Positions 1-12,985 are shown, numbered from the whole stretch's first letter. The stretch is 63,684 nucleotides of DNA, filler included, from Choristocarpus tenellus KU-1152 (GCA_964200185.2; 8 parts of 8 records of this genome joined end to end with filler, not necessarily neighbours in it); one strand, 5' to 3'. Program-made: numbers and translations. Notes: generated by a model from the sequence alone, not told the origin.

Positions 1-316
1 CTGATGATCCTCGACCCCACCTTTTCTGAAAGCTGAGATTTTCAACCTGATTTCATTCTGTGGGGTTATTGTCCAATGTTTCGCGGCACAAACTTTATGC
101 ACAGAGGTAGTACACATTATGCTGGAAAGAGTAACATCAATATCTGTGTATGTTGTAAGTTGAGCGTAGTATTTCATCAAAGGGTTAATGACATATATTT
201 CACTTTGATTAAAATGTTGGTTTTGACACAGCCCTATCTCTACATTTTTGCGCTCTTTTCAGTTTCCACCAACAGATAACTCAGTGGTTTAGACATCCCT
301 ATCCCCCACTTGTCAG

Positions 317-410
317 GAGAGTCTACAATGGGTAGCCCTTGGAGCAGGCATGTATGGAGTAGCAATGGCATCGATCTATCCACTTGTTATGTCCCTACCT
401 ACCAGTCTCG
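317..410 (+). CDS. MFS transporter (MFSD4/Na+-glucose transporter-like), penultimate exon
   Basis: cttgtcag acceptor and G|gtaag donor. Reads ESLQWVALGAGMYGVAMASIYPLVMSLPTSLG, an MFS-type G.G.YG..MAS.FP helix. Phase 1 joins the exon at 2226. Confidence 0.75.
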
Positions 411-2225
411 GTAAGGATTGTTATAATCTCAGAAGACTGTTTTTGGCAGATGATTCTTAATTTAAAATTTTGCACATAACGATCAGAATTTACAGTACCC
501 CACAGATTCTTATATACTTGTCTTGCAAGCTGCTGTAAGAGTCATCCGCAAGGTACCAGCAAGTTGAACATTTCTTTGTAATATTTTACAGAAGGCAGCT
601 CTTTGAATCTCTCAAATCTGAATGTAAGATCTTGTTCAAAATGTCTGGTTCAGTGGGGTAGCCAGGATGCAGAAGTTTCCTCTAGTCTGGAAAGGGTATG
701 AATCTAACAACACCCAATTTTGCATGTAAGAGTCGACCACATTCCCTGCTCCAGTATGAAATTGCGTGATTGTCATCATCTTCGTTATAGTCGATTCAGT
801 GGGGGTAGGAAAAACGCGTTTTCAGGAAAGTCATTTCTTCCTTCGTCATTCCTTTTATATATATAAGCAAAGCAAAAAAAATCAGCTTCATCAAGTAAAT
901 TTCATTTTTTTGTCCTGCGGCATCATGAATCACTTTCTATTAGTATAGGTATCCGACAGAAAAATTCCAGGCTTGAAATATTTTTTGTTGTAAGTAGAAA
1001 ATTTGGCTAATGCCAGCAAAAAGGTGCTGAATCAGTCATTTTCCACATGTGATTACATGGCAAAATAGCATGCTGATTTATTCCAAAAGGAGTCTGTGAC
1101 AGTAACCAATTTTGAACCTCAATGATCTATGGACTGTCCCCTATTGCAAACAATAAGAATTAGAGTAGTAGTGTTAGAGTGTCTCCAAGACAATGTGGTG
1201 TTTTAATGTTGTCTGAACCATCAACTTACATAGGGTAATGCTTGTAGTCTGTGGCACAGTACGACCACATGAAAAATATTGATGGTGAATGTTGAATTGC
1301 TTCCACTGCTATGAAAAATTGCTTACTGCTGTTGATTCTATTGCCAATTTGACGGCACCCAGCAGTTGGATTGGTCCTCCACTTTCACGATGTATCAAGC
1401 GTAAGAGCATTCCAGATTTGAGAATTTTGGATGGTTGGTGCCAGTTTTTAGGTGCAAGGTGAAGATAAAATATGTGGACTTTTTTATTGATAGTGCAAAA
1501 GTCATTTTTTGTGTTAGAGGTGGAGGTATAATTTGAAGTAGATATAAGCCAAGATCAATCAAATCAACTGATCGGACCCTATGTCGATTTATGCTTCTAG
1601 CTAGGTGCAACTATGCATTGCCTTCAACAACTCTCATCTTGAAAGTTCTATTTTTGTTTGATAGGTCCATACTCAATAAGCCATACATCTATTTAGTTTG
1701 GTGTTATTTCACCTTGTGCTTGGAATAGTATTTTTATAGTTTGTTTGTAGCGATGACAAGAAGGCAACCTCAGATTGTTGACATAATCACAAATGAGATG
1801 TACTGCCGATGTCATTGCTATGAAAGTCTGGCTCTCCAGCATTATTTTCCAGATGATCCAGTCAAGACATGTGTGCGGTTGATACTGATGTTTGGGAAGA
1901 GTTTGTGTGACATTTGTCTTGTTGTACAGCATGATTTTTGAATGAAGATTTGGCAGTTTTTCTGCCCGACATTTTTAGTCACATGCTACATATGTGTAGA
2001 GCTTTGCATAAATTTGACTGGTACTTGAAGCCCTTTGAAGTTGGCACCGAGTAAATATCCCTGTGAACACTCCTTTGGTTTGCAGGAAGCTGTGTAAGGT
2101 AAGCAATGTTGTGAACAGCGTGCTTGCATACACCGCTCCTCCTCCCCCCTCTCGAATTTTGTGCTGTTCAAGTGACCTACGACCTGAATGGCTAACAGTA
2201 GTGATCACATGCATCTTCTATTCAG

Positions 2226-2521
2226 GATTTTCCCTATCAAGGAGCAGCTCCTCTTACCTGGTGATAGGTGGTGCATCAGGGGAGATGATCCTCCCTGCAA
2301 TCATTGGGCAGCTCTTGGCAGCAAGGCAGGACTCCCAGAACAGTGGGCAAAGGGCTACAGGGGTAGCCTTGTATCTGATCTGTTTGGCTGCTTCTGTTAT
2401 TATGGCATGTGTTCTGGTCATTGTGCTTCATTACTGGAGGTATGTTGAGGCAACACTCCCTGCACGGCAAGAGATGCAAGTTCTTCTGAAAGAACCACAG
2501 TACCAGGCTGTAAATGCATAA
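2226..2521 (+). CDS. MFS transporter, terminal exon
   Basis: ttctattcag acceptor in matching phase. Reads GFSLSRSSSSYLVIGGASGEMILPAIIGQLL...ALYLICLAASVIMACVLVIVL, two hydrophobic helices typical of MFS C-terminal TMs. TAA stop. Confidence 0.8.
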
Positions 2522-3936
2522 TATATTATTCATCCTTCAAGTAATTTTTGTTTAGCATTACAATTCGGAGTTACTATTTAATAGATATTGTATTGACAAC
2601 TTTATTTGGTACGGGATGAGAGACTCAATATTTCTTCCAGGGTCAGTGGATACAAAGCCTTTACGTGGTAATGCCAAGCTAGGTATGCCAGCAAAATGGA
2701 AGCTCTAGATTAGCTTAGTGCCACCAACTGCAAATTGTGAAGGATGTGTAAACTAGCAGATGAAGCTTTTTGCGATGGATGTCATTTGCAACTTTGTGGA
2801 GCAGGTTAGTTTGATGCTTACGTTGTTTGTCAGTAAGTTCTTGTCTGTTGAAATAATAAGAATAAGGTTGTCCAGTGGTGTTGTGAATCATACTGATTGA
2901 GTCACTATGATTCCATTCAATCATAAGTTTGTGAAACTGAAATCACGTGATAATTTTCTGTTTATCATTTTCTCATGTGTGTGCTTTGCGTCTGAAGTCC
3001 TGTGGAGCTCGACACTTTTCACACCATCACCTAACCTCTCATGCTTCGTGCACAATTCAATTTTAAGAAAGACAAACCTTTTTTTAAGCGGGTTTAACAT
3101 ACAATAAGTCAGTTCTATTCCCAATACCACTGACAAGCCTTTTGTTGCCACTAGTACTCTTGTTATGTTGATAGACCTGCCTTGTTTGACACACAGAAAT
3201 TGTCAGCAAATCAGAACATCCACATGCAAGTACTGCACAAAACACTCAAAGAATGTAGGAGTGGCTCTTACCAACTCCAGTCAAGGGGTTTCATCATACA
3301 TGAATATACCAATGATTTAGATTTTTATTCCAGGAATAGTCTGTGGTCATTGCATCACACCTTCTCTGTCTTAAAGCCGTAATCACTACAAGGTGAATAA
3401 TTGCATGCAAGTGCCGTTCATTGAATGCTACATGACACAAAACACATTTAGATTTTTGACCCCACTCACACACCTCTAACTACGCTTACCTGATCTATGT
3501 CACGCAGGAGAGGCTAAAGCTCTGTGAAAGGCAATAAATCGCACACAATATCAGGTTGCATTATGACCACAATATTAATGCAGTAGGCTGATTTCATCCC
3601 TCCTTCTGTCCTTGCTGTTGTTGTTGCGACCAAGTATCAGCAACTGTAAAAGGACCATGATGACTTCTCAGCTAGGTACAGTAATTTGATTTTTAATTCA
3701 AATCTACCACAACCACCAAACCCATTTCTAGTACATCCTCCGTTCGGAATTAATTTTCATAAATCTTGCTGCCCTGATGAAGAAGCTAGATATTTTTAAC
3801 GTGTCATATATTATGGGTGTTTTGAGCAGACACCAGAAGATTGCCCATCAAAATCTCAAGCAAAATGGAGTAACCTACACATCTCTATGATTCGACTTCC
3901 GAAGCCCTCCAAAACTCCCATTCCAGTACAGTATTT

Positions 3937-5258
3937 TCATGCATCCACTGAGGCATTTGGGGGGAGCTTGCCCGGCTTTTCAGCTTTCTCCTTGCTGAGA
4001 TAGGGAATTTTGAAGAGATTGTCACCCTTCGACTCCAGCACTTCACCATAGACTGTGAAGAGACTGCGCCAGACGTGCTCTAGTGTCTCCTGACAGTACA
4101 CATCAAATGTCTCCATTGTGGTCTCCGCCAGCTCCTCTGTGTTGGTTGCCCCCATGTCTTCCTTCAAGTTCCTGGATGGAAAAAAGCAATCCCAGGTCAT
4201 TGACGTTGAGGTCAGGTGAGTTGCTAACTGGGTCTCCATGACTATTTCGTATCCTGCCACCTCCTTAATTGCCTCCATGATCCCCCCCTTCGTGTGTGAC
4301 TTTGCCCTGTCCTGCTGCACAAAGATGGGTGTGTCTTTTCGGCCTAGGCATGTGGGCCTTGATTGCTGGAATGACATCTCAATCATGAGCTTCTTTCACC
4401 TCTCCGTGTCCACCGTGGCTGGCACAAGGACCTTGGTGCCCTTGGGGCAGTATATCCTCTAGTGCTGAGCGACCTTAGTGTCCACGATTGGCTAGATCCC
4501 GATTTTCCCATCAAACCACACTCTAGGACCACAGCTGCAAGGAACATCACCTTTGTAATGTAACGCTTATTCTGTGCCCATGGGGGATTAGAGGAATCCT
4601 CAGTGGGGTGCAGGTACACACCTTGCTCATCTTTGAGGATGTAAAACCACTTCTCATTCACATGCACCCAGTCATACAGATCGTCCACCAACTCCTCACT
4701 TCCCCCCTCCTGTGCAGTGGCTCAAACTCACCTTGATGACTTTCTCGTGGTCTGAGATGACTGACTTAATCCCCTACTGGACCTGCACCTTCTGGTGCTT
4801 GCACTGATCCCACAATGAGGCAAGGGAGTCCCCAGTTTTGGCCACCTGTTTGTCCAAGATATGTTGTGTACCAATGGGACATCTCAAATGTTGAGGATAC
4901 TGGTACGGCAACCACATCGCCCCTTAGTACTTCATACAAAGTTCATGCATTCAGACCCAAAGTATTTGGGAGATGGGGGGGAGTCTGCATTAGGGTGTCC
5001 GTTTGGGTTAAAATCATGAAAAGTGCACTTTCATTATCCATCAGACGTATGCAATCAAATCACCCAAAAATCGTGACATGAAAAATTGACCCCAAATGGA
5101 CAGCCACCACCCTCTCCCAGATACTTTGAGTCTTCACCCCATGCGATCTGACTGTCATACTCCTTCAGATGACAGAAGACAGTGACTTGGGAAATTCTGA
5201 AATCGTCCGTGATGGCCACCACCCTCCCCTGAGGCATCTGAGTCTCGTGCCCTCTCAC
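3937..5258 (-). pseudogene. mariner-type DD39D transposase pseudogene
   Basis: Fragments YDWVHVNEKWFY (for VH.DEKWF), RYITKVMFLAAV, IFVQQDRAKSH (for QQDNA.PH) and KGDNLFKIPY. Frameshifted and interrupted by a MITE at 4954-5132. Confidence 0.85.
4954..5132. mobile_element. MITE family B nested in the mariner element
   Basis: Termini GACCCAAAGTAT...ATACTTTGAGTC with TTCA on both flanks (4-bp TSD). Confidence 0.8.
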
Positions 5259-6142
5259 TTCCAGGCATCATGCTACCATGCTGTTCTTCGTCAGGGTGTT
5301 TGAGTCCTGACCCCGGACAGACTTCTGGACCAAAGAATTGGGATCGATGGGCAACGATGGGATGAGCGAGTCGCTCAAACGACAGGGAGCCTTCATCCTA
5401 GGCATCCCTATAAACACCCAATCCAACCAATTCATGGGTTTTTTTAATGCTGTCAAATGCAACTTGGTCGACTTTGCGCTGGTGATCCTCCACAATCATG
5501 GTAGCCCACCATATCAAACTTTACACACCTCCCAATCTATTCGACAACTAAGCCATTGGCGAGAGGTTTTATCACATCGGTTGTTTTTGGACGAGAATAG
5601 ACCTTGCAAAAGATACATTACATTTAATTCCGAACGGAGTAAGTGTCTGTCATGTACGGGATAGGACCGACTTTGCTTCAGGTATATTTTAAAAATTAAT
5701 ACAATGCTTTGTAATAGTAATAAGTGTGTCAATTCTTCTTCACCTTGGAGTGAGTATGATAGCAAGTTGTAGATAGTGCATAAAATGGGGCAGGGGTGAT
5801 AGTTGTTTTTAATGAAGAACTTCCTTGTTTTAAGTAGGTCAGCAAAAGTGTTTGTGTGAGGGGGGGGAGATAGAAAAAATACGTATCTATATGTTTGGTT
5901 TTACAATTTAAATGTTGACCGCCCAAAAATATTTTCATGTTGTTGTTGTATGTTCTGTGCTTTGAGAAGAACTTTGCTTGGGCTGCACAGTAACTTGGTC
6001 AAGTCTACCATGAACGTTTGGTGGTATTTGACTACGTTGGGAAATGTTGAAAGGATGGACATACCACCGTGCACAAAAACATTGTAATTCTGTTGTCACT
6101 TAAATATTATGTTCTCTAAAGAGTAGGTACATCAAGGTAGTG

Positions 6143-6357
6143 CTGTTAGCCGATAAATTTGGTTACACTGTGATTTTGTCCATTGTGGGAATATTCCCGA
6201 AATTTGTTTTGCTCACGAATTCTGGATTATTATTTTGCACATTCCTATTTTCTTATTCCTCTATCCTCTATTCCCCATTTGATGACCAACCAGTGCGAAT
6301 GCCCTTCGTCACTGATTGCCAGCCATCCCCACATTGGGTGACCAACCAGTGCAAATG
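6143..6357 (+). repeat. dispersed repeat family F fragment
   Basis: aattctggattattatt...gatgaccaaccagtgcgaa...cactgatt matches 56730-56990. Confidence 0.6.
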
Positions 6358-6457
6358 NNNNNNNNNNNNNNNNNNNNNNNNNNNNNNNNNNNNNNNNNNN
6401 NTTAATTAATTAANNNNNNNNNNNNNNNNNNNNNNNNNNNNNNNNNNNNNNNNNNNN
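6358..6457. other. artificial contig-joining spacer
   Basis: 100-bp N44-TTAATTAATTAA-N44 (stops in all six frames). Confidence 0.97.
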
Positions 6458-6747
6458 GCAAGGTGTGTTTGGCTACAGTTACGCAAGAAGGTCTCCGCCC
6501 GGAGGCGGTGCTGGAGGGGGGCCACAAAGAGCAGATCCGAGCCTTTGATTGGCAAGATTGTTTGGATGGGCAGGGGGGTGGGGGGTATTCTATTGTAACT
6601 GGTGGGGAAGATGCAAAGCTGTGCGTTTGGGAGTCCCCTGGCAGAGGGGGGGGGTACGGGGGGGATCCGCAAACGTTTCTTCTGGTGGAAGGAAAGGGAA
6701 AGGGGGTGGGGGAGGAGGGCGGGGTGATATGCGAGAAGATGTATTGA
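6458..6747 (+). CDS. WD40-repeat protein (WDR89-like), terminal exon, 5'-truncated by contig edge
   Basis: LEGGHKEQIRAFDW...SIVTGGEDAKLCVW is a WD40 GH...W repeat similar to the last WDR89 repeat. TGA at 6745-6747. Confidence 0.75.
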
Positions 6748-9521
6748 ATGGATCTCGAAGGGAAGAGTGCAGGGCAGCACGAGCGTATAAGCCGTACCCT
6801 AACAGTGGGCATCGATGATACAATGGGCGGGGGAGGGAGGGAGGGAGGGAGGGTGGAGTTCCTATGAATTGGAGGGCAATTTTTCCTTTTCTATCGTTTT
6901 TTGTGTTGTTTATGGACAGCAGGGTTGTAAAGGCGGTGTGCCAATATTTCAGGAAGAAACAAAAAAACTCTTTAAGGTTGGCAAGAACAATTCCTTGCAG
7001 GTATTGTGATACGAGTGCATGGAGCCCCTTGAAGTATGAAATATTTCTGGTGGATATTTCAATGGTGACTTGAATTTCGCCACCGCCACTGAGTACACCC
7101 TATCGAGTGCCCTCATAGCACAGTGTTAGTGAGCAGCTTCCATCGAAGGGATATGATTTGCTTGTATACCCAGTTGATGTCAGTTTTCCATTTCAAGGAA
7201 AGTCTGGTTTCGATGATGGGTCTCGTGACGAACACAACAGAAGGGTGTACACTTTACCCTCCTGTCTGTCTTTGAACCATGAAAAAGGTGCAATAAACCC
7301 CCCTGATTTGTGGTGGCAAAGTTTCATTGCGGGCAGGCAAGTACTGCATAAGATTAAGTTCAGGAGATGGATCGAGGGGTGGTGGGATGACTGAACCCGA
7401 TGCGTGAGGAAAAAAGCATAGGCACCCACAAACCAATGCAATTCGTTTTCTAGTCCGTAGTTATTTAGAGGTGTGTAGTGTGTAATACCTTTGAAAACAG
7501 ACTTTGGTTAGGTAGGATCGAGGTAGAGGTTCCTGGTTTCAGGCTAAAGCGAGATTATAGTATTATCTCAGGGAGTGAGAAGGGTGTGTGTGGATAGAGC
7601 AGGCCTTAATTGCCCACCCACCGCCCTTTTTGGTTCCCAAGCCTTTTTTAATGCAGTCACATGCAAGACTTACATGCTAAATGGATCCTGAGAGACACAG
7701 GGATGTCAGTGCGGTGTAGGATGGATTTCTCACGATTGAATTGTGTAAATGCCGGTCAGGGTGTTTGGAACCTCTTTTTTAAGGCAGTTTCTATGCGAAC
7801 TGGTATTGTGTGCGTAAGAATCTGCACAATGATAATGCTTGCTTGCCTACACTCCCTGGCACACTGTGCGAGTCATACTTTAGTACATGATTTCTTGTAG
7901 GTACAATGCGATCTGTTGCCATGACTGGGTTGCTTAACTAACTAAAGTTATTTGGAGTGGTACACGCCTTCACCTCCTCCTGTTGTTCTTCCTCCTGTCC
8001 TCTCTGTTTCACATCATTCTCACAGATGATACCCTGTAGTGTCTGATTGAAAGTAGTTATCAGCAGAGGTATGTTGAATAGATAGGTAAGTTGTGGTGAA
8101 GGGGTTGGGGAGTCACTCCACCCGTCCAGTTTTTCCTTCTTGATTATTCCAGGGTGTACCTTTTTAAACGTGCTATGTGCATGTATATATATATATATAC
8201 ACAGCTGGGACCAATGCAATAGGTAGGACAAAAAACATATGTTTGTGTATATGTAAAACTTGCGGATGGAGTCCTTCCATGTTGGGAAACAGGAAGAGTT
8301 CCAGGAACAAGCTAAGGAAATGGATTGCTGTCACACCTGAGACAAGTCAAGTGGATGGAAGTGGAGTGGAAGAAGTGCATGCCTAAGGCGGCTGGTTCTA
8401 ACAAATGCGTCTTGTCGTAATGGCACCATGGCATTGATACTGGTGGCATGGGAAGGGGCTGCACCATGTTGGGGCATCAATGTCTTGACAGGGACATCTT
8501 CTGAGATGTATGTTGTATAAGGAGGTTGTCAGAAAGGCATACACTGGAGTGTAGGGGGCTATCGTGAAGTGAGTATGTAAACAATCGTGGATGTGTACAT
8601 TTTCTGGGCATATATCTGCCTGGACTTAAACGGGACTTCTTATTGATACTACTCTGAGCAGTACTTGGCTGCTCTCAATATATCCAACGCAATTATGGGG
8701 TATGATCTCAAAGCCGCTTTGAGGTACATCCATATATATGGTCCAACACTATGCTGAAGACAAGCAGCTCTACTACTATATACTGAAGGTGTACCTCAAT
8801 TGCCTTTGGTGGCTGCACTGGGGGAGGCAAGTTCATATACGAAACGTTGGTGAAAGAATCCTTTCGCGTATGTTTTTTGGCACAAGGGCAAATGAAACCA
8901 ACTGTACCATCTTACCGAAAATATCTGTGCTTTGGCAGAACTCTAGGAGCCTGGCCGTGTGGATCCAAATGGTTAAAAGCAAAGGTGTGTGAAGGGTATG
9001 TGAGGTGCATACTCCAGCTATAACAAATGGCAATCTGTTACTCCAGTGTGTATTGTAATTGTATTCAATATGCTTGGTGTGGCAAAAAGGTGAAAGTGAT
9101 GCTAATGAAGAGGTTGTAAGGGAAGGTGACCGACCTAGTACATAATGCCATTCATGCATGACTGCAGGCAGCATGTAGGCCCAGGTCTGTGTCTTAGGTG
9201 ATCATACAATTGTAGTAACCCCTGCATGCTGCTTTGAGGTATTCTAGGTTGCCACGCGAGATTGTGAGACAAAGCAGAAGCCAACTCCAAGTTTGTAAGG
9301 GGGAGCAATAGAGCTTCCTCCAGTTAATGTGTGGAATTTTACACTTGTTGCCTCAACACTATATAGGTGACATATAAATTGATCATTTTTTTAGTCCTGT
9401 CTGGTTAGATACACTACGTAATTCATTTTTGTTTTTCGTCTTTTTTTCCACCCCTTCATCCCTGAAAATGTTGGCAACGTGGCGGCTCATCGAGGTTATG
9501 GGTAGAGTGTTTCTGGTGTAG

Positions 9522-9695
9522 GGCTCAAGGTATCTCGGGGGTGGGGGATCTACACCAGGGTGTCCATTCGGGCCCTGACCAGGAGAAGTGAATTTACATT
9601 ACCATCCGATGCATGCAACCAATTCACCCAAAAACAACGACAAGGAAAAATGGACCCCAAATAGACAGCTGCCACCCCCCAATATACTTTGAGCT
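9522..9695. mobile_element. MITE family B copy
   Basis: GGCTCAAGGTATCT+G-tract ... C-tract+ATACTTTGAGCT. Interior resembles 62737-62906. TSD not preserved. Confidence 0.65.
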
Positions 9696-10350
9696 TATAC
9701 TTGTATATTCATTTCTTAAGTGTGGTGATATCCATGGTTTAGCAAAGTTGTGTACAGTTGTACAATATTACGGACAGAGGAGGGCAAAGCAAGGTTATGG
9801 TTTTAGATTGTCTAGTGAGTAGTCATTCACAGAGGGCAAAAAATGGGTAGTATTATGTGGCTGTTGCACAATGCAATATCATCACACATCGATCTTGTAT
9901 GTAAAAAAGGTTACAATTTCGCCAAATAATAGCAACAATGTCAAGAACATGATGTCATATAATTTAATCATTTGGGAACAACACACCGCCAATCCCTTGT
10001 GAAACGTGTTTTTTAAAAGGGTCAGTTCAGGACTGTCAGGGCTTTCGACTGGACAGGACCATGGGCCGATCTGTCTCGTTCTGGTTCTGGGCAATCAAAG
10101 ATTGTAGGTGGAACAAGCCTCGGTCCAGCCAGTAGCCCCAATAATAAACATCTCACAGTACTACAAAATTGATGGTACAGAGCCGCTGGCCTGGTCAGCT
10201 CTCAGTATTATATAGTCAGGGATGTAAGCAGCTTGAAACATTTTTAACACTCGTAAAACATCTTTTCCCACATTTATATGATGCTATTTAGGGGTCCGCC
10301 AGAATTTGCTGACAAAGCAGGCTGTTAAAGAAATTGATGTTCCCAACACT

Positions 10351-10601
10351 GAGCCAAAGTATCTTAGAGGGTAGAGCTGTGTCCATTTGGGGGCCAAAAT
10401 CCAATGTTGCGATTCTGATGTAATTTTGGCTATCGTGTTTGTTAGAAAGTGTCAATATCCTTGTTCCGGGCCCACCTTTTCATATCGTTTACATTTTACC
10501 TACTCCGAAATATTATGGAGTAGTAGGAAAATGTCGTAAAAACCCCAAGCCTCAAATGGACAAACAGGGCAAAACTCGTACCCTCTAAGATACTTTCACT
10601 C
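10351..10601 (+). mobile_element. MITE family A (GAG termini)
   Basis: TIRs GAGCCAAAGTATCTTAGAGGGTA / TACCCTCTAAGATACTTTCACTC. Same interior as 28333 and 54885. Confidence 0.9.
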
Positions 10602-11216
10602 TATAGCCTGGTTTGAAGGTGAAGGCTATTACTGAAAGTTCTGTTCGCCTGATTGGCGTTTTTAGCAAGCTTGTTCGTTCTATTGCACCAATTGGACCTG
10701 GATACTTCTTGAGTAGAAAACGACCCAGAATGTTGACAAACAGTGGAGCTCTGTGTGTGACACAGCGCTGGGAAGCTCTCAATCCACATTTAGTTGCCCT
10801 GATGACCACATTCACTACTCAAACAAGTGCTGGGGTGATCTCTTTATCTCATGAGAGATTTTGTTGCGGCAGAATCAGTGATACCAATAGTGGGCCTAAT
10901 TAATACAGTAGTAGAAAAGTGCAGTTATTTCCACCAGGGACATGGATCTAAGAATGGGAAAAGTTGCACTTGAAGCATCTAGATACTTCCAATGAGGGAA
11001 ATACAAGGCCGTACAGATCCCAAGTACTGAAATATCTATCTGGAGTTTGTATTTCTTGATTTTCACGTCCACGAAGTAACCAGTCAGATCGCTTCTATGA
11101 ATGGATATTGGTACCCACTTTGAGTAGTGGAATGGAGTGGGGGTTCAAATAGTGCGATGGGGATATATTTAGAATAGCAAAAGGGAGCTGTACTTGAAAC
11201 ATATGATGAGCTAATG

Positions 11217-11289
11217 GGGTCAAAGTATCTTGGGGGGGGGGGGTGGTTTGTGAAGGGGCGTCCGTTTCGGTCAAACAACGTTTTTTTTT
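11217..11289. mobile_element. MITE family B left end, cut by contig edge
   Basis: GGGTCAAAGTATCT, G-tract, then gtccgttt, as in 4954. Confidence 0.55.
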
Positions 11290-11389
11290 NNNNNNNNNNN
11301 NNNNNNNNNNNNNNNNNNNNNNNNNNNNNNNNNTTAATTAATTAANNNNNNNNNNNNNNNNNNNNNNNNNNNNNNNNNNNNNNNNNNNN
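11290..11389. other. artificial contig-joining spacer
   Basis: N44-TTAATTAATTAA-N44. Confidence 0.97.
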
Positions 11390-11440
11390 GATTTTGACCC
11401 CCAAATGGACAAGGCCCTACCCTCTAAGATACTTTGGCTC
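11390..11440 (-). mobile_element. MITE family A end, cut by contig edge
   Basis: ccaaatggac...taccctctaagatactttggctc. Confidence 0.8.
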
Positions 11441-11442
11441 TT

Positions 11443-11640
11443 CTCTGCCTCCAGCCTAGCTTAGTCCTGCACCCTAGTAGGGTGAGGAGCTTGGGAAGCA
11501 TCCCAAGAATCTAACAAGCCCCTTACACATTTCCCTGGTATCTCTAGGTTAAAACGCATGAGACACCTAGATAGGGCTACCTGCGTTGTGACTGAGACTA
11601 TCTGGCGTAGACGGGATTTGACAGTCCCTTTTCGGTAATT
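11443..11640 (-). mobile_element. 3' fragment of CRE/REL-type non-LTR retrotransposon
   Basis: Translates RKGTVKSRLRQIVSVTTQVALSRCLMRFNLE...SWDASQAP. Same family as 11836, 12850, 13480, 13893, 35640 and 54510. Confidence 0.65.
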
Positions 11641-11835
11641 GATAGTGCTTTTGACATTTTGCAAATGTGTCAGGTGAAATATCAATTTTATATTATTGTG
11701 TCCTCTGACATTTTATAGACGTGTTGAGGGAAAAACTAAAGAATACCATTAATAATATTTATTGCCTAAGGACATAGTAACTATATTTTATATCATTAGG
11801 AGGGTTCTTTTGGCCCTCGCAGTTTTAACCTCTAC

Positions 11836-11970
11836 ACCTTCGTGGTGGAAAGTTTTGGGCACCTCGGTAAGCAAGCTGAAAGTTTTCTGGATGAGATGAC
11901 TACCCACATGGTAGGGGGGAGAGGGATGGGAGGTTGCAGTAGGAAAGGAGCTGTCAAAATCCCGTCTACA
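11836..11970 (+). mobile_element. CRE/REL-type LINE fragment (end of restriction-like endonuclease)
   Basis: TFVVESFGHLGKQAESFLDEMTTHMVGGRG...RKGAVK fits the E..G.LG..A..FL motif at the end of REL domains. Confidence 0.65.
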
Positions 11971-12197
11971 TGTAGTAAAATAGTAAATGATACAAAAATA
12001 TCTTTCACACTTACAACAGCCGTTACTTTTTCAGGGGTTGTTATGATATTGAATTTCTTTTTCATTGGTTTTTCCCCTGACACATCTGCAGAATGTCAGA
12101 TAGCATAATAATATGCTACCTCTGTCCCGTATAAGCCGGGGCCGTTAAGTTATTTGGTGAATAACTTTTTCAAATGTGAGATTCAGAAATAACAAAT

Positions 12198-12832
12198 AAT
12201 ATCGTTTGAAAGTCAACAACTTCGGGCCGCACACATACATATATATGCAAAGTATTTTTTCATTTCGAAATGGTTAGGAAGCTGGGCCCTGAACACAAAC
12301 TTTTTGTGGGGGAATGACAGATTTAGCAAAAACAGCAAACCGGGAAAAATGTCTGGAAATGGTGGTTAATCGGCCTTCTTAGCGTCTCAACGTGATCTGT
12401 GATGAAGACAAGGTTAGTTGCGTTGGATTCCTTGGCGGTTTTCCCATTAAATTGAGTAATTATCATTCCTATTCTCTCCCTCAGTCCACCAAGTTGTGGT
12501 CACGTTGTACACGTCTCTATCAATGGGGATCAAGTGATCCAGAACGCCCTCTCAGAAGAAAATGATAATGACAGTAATTGTTTTGATGCAAAAATCGCCA
12601 AGGAATCCAACGCAACTAACCTTGTCTTCATTTGAGCTCTCGTTGAGACGTTATGGGTGAATAACCATCATTTCCAGACATTTTCGGTCAGTTTTGCTGT
12701 TTTTGCTAAATCTGTAATTTTTGAAAAAAACGTCTGTGTTCAGAGGGGGGTTTCTCAATCATTTCTAAATGAAAAATATTTTGAAGATGTCTATGCACAA
12801 CAAGCCGATGTTGTTAGCCTTCGAACGATATT
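12198..12832. repeat. fold-back element / long inverted repeat (about 245-bp arms, 145-bp spacer)
   Basis: gatgaagacaaggttagttgcgttggattccttggcg pairs with cgccaaggaatccaacgcaactaaccttgtcttca. Pairing continues outward through tttagcaaaa/ttttgctaaa to aatatcgtt/aacgatatt. Confidence 0.8.
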
Positions 12833-12849
12833 ATACAAGTGGCACTGTC

Positions 12850-12985
12850 TGGACGTGCCATGCTTTTTAAGCTGTAGGAGTCACCGGGGAGATGGGCACG
12901 GAGGGGTTTATTGTATTCTTGGGATGCCTCCCTAGCTCCTCGCCCTGAGGCACAGGAATAGGTAGATTGGAGGCGCAGGAAGGCA
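12850..12985 (+). mobile_element. CRE-type LINE 3' end
   Basis: tattcttgggatgcctccctagctcctcgccct (YSWDASLAPRP). Confidence 0.55.

Larger units (their letters stand above)
3734..5643 (-). mobile_element. Tc1/mariner (Stowaway/plant-mariner type) DNA transposon, decayed
   Basis: Left end TA|catcctccgttcggaattaa and right end ttaattccgaacggagtaag are inverted repeats resembling the Stowaway CTCCCTCCGT terminus. They enclose transposase fragments. Confidence 0.8.
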
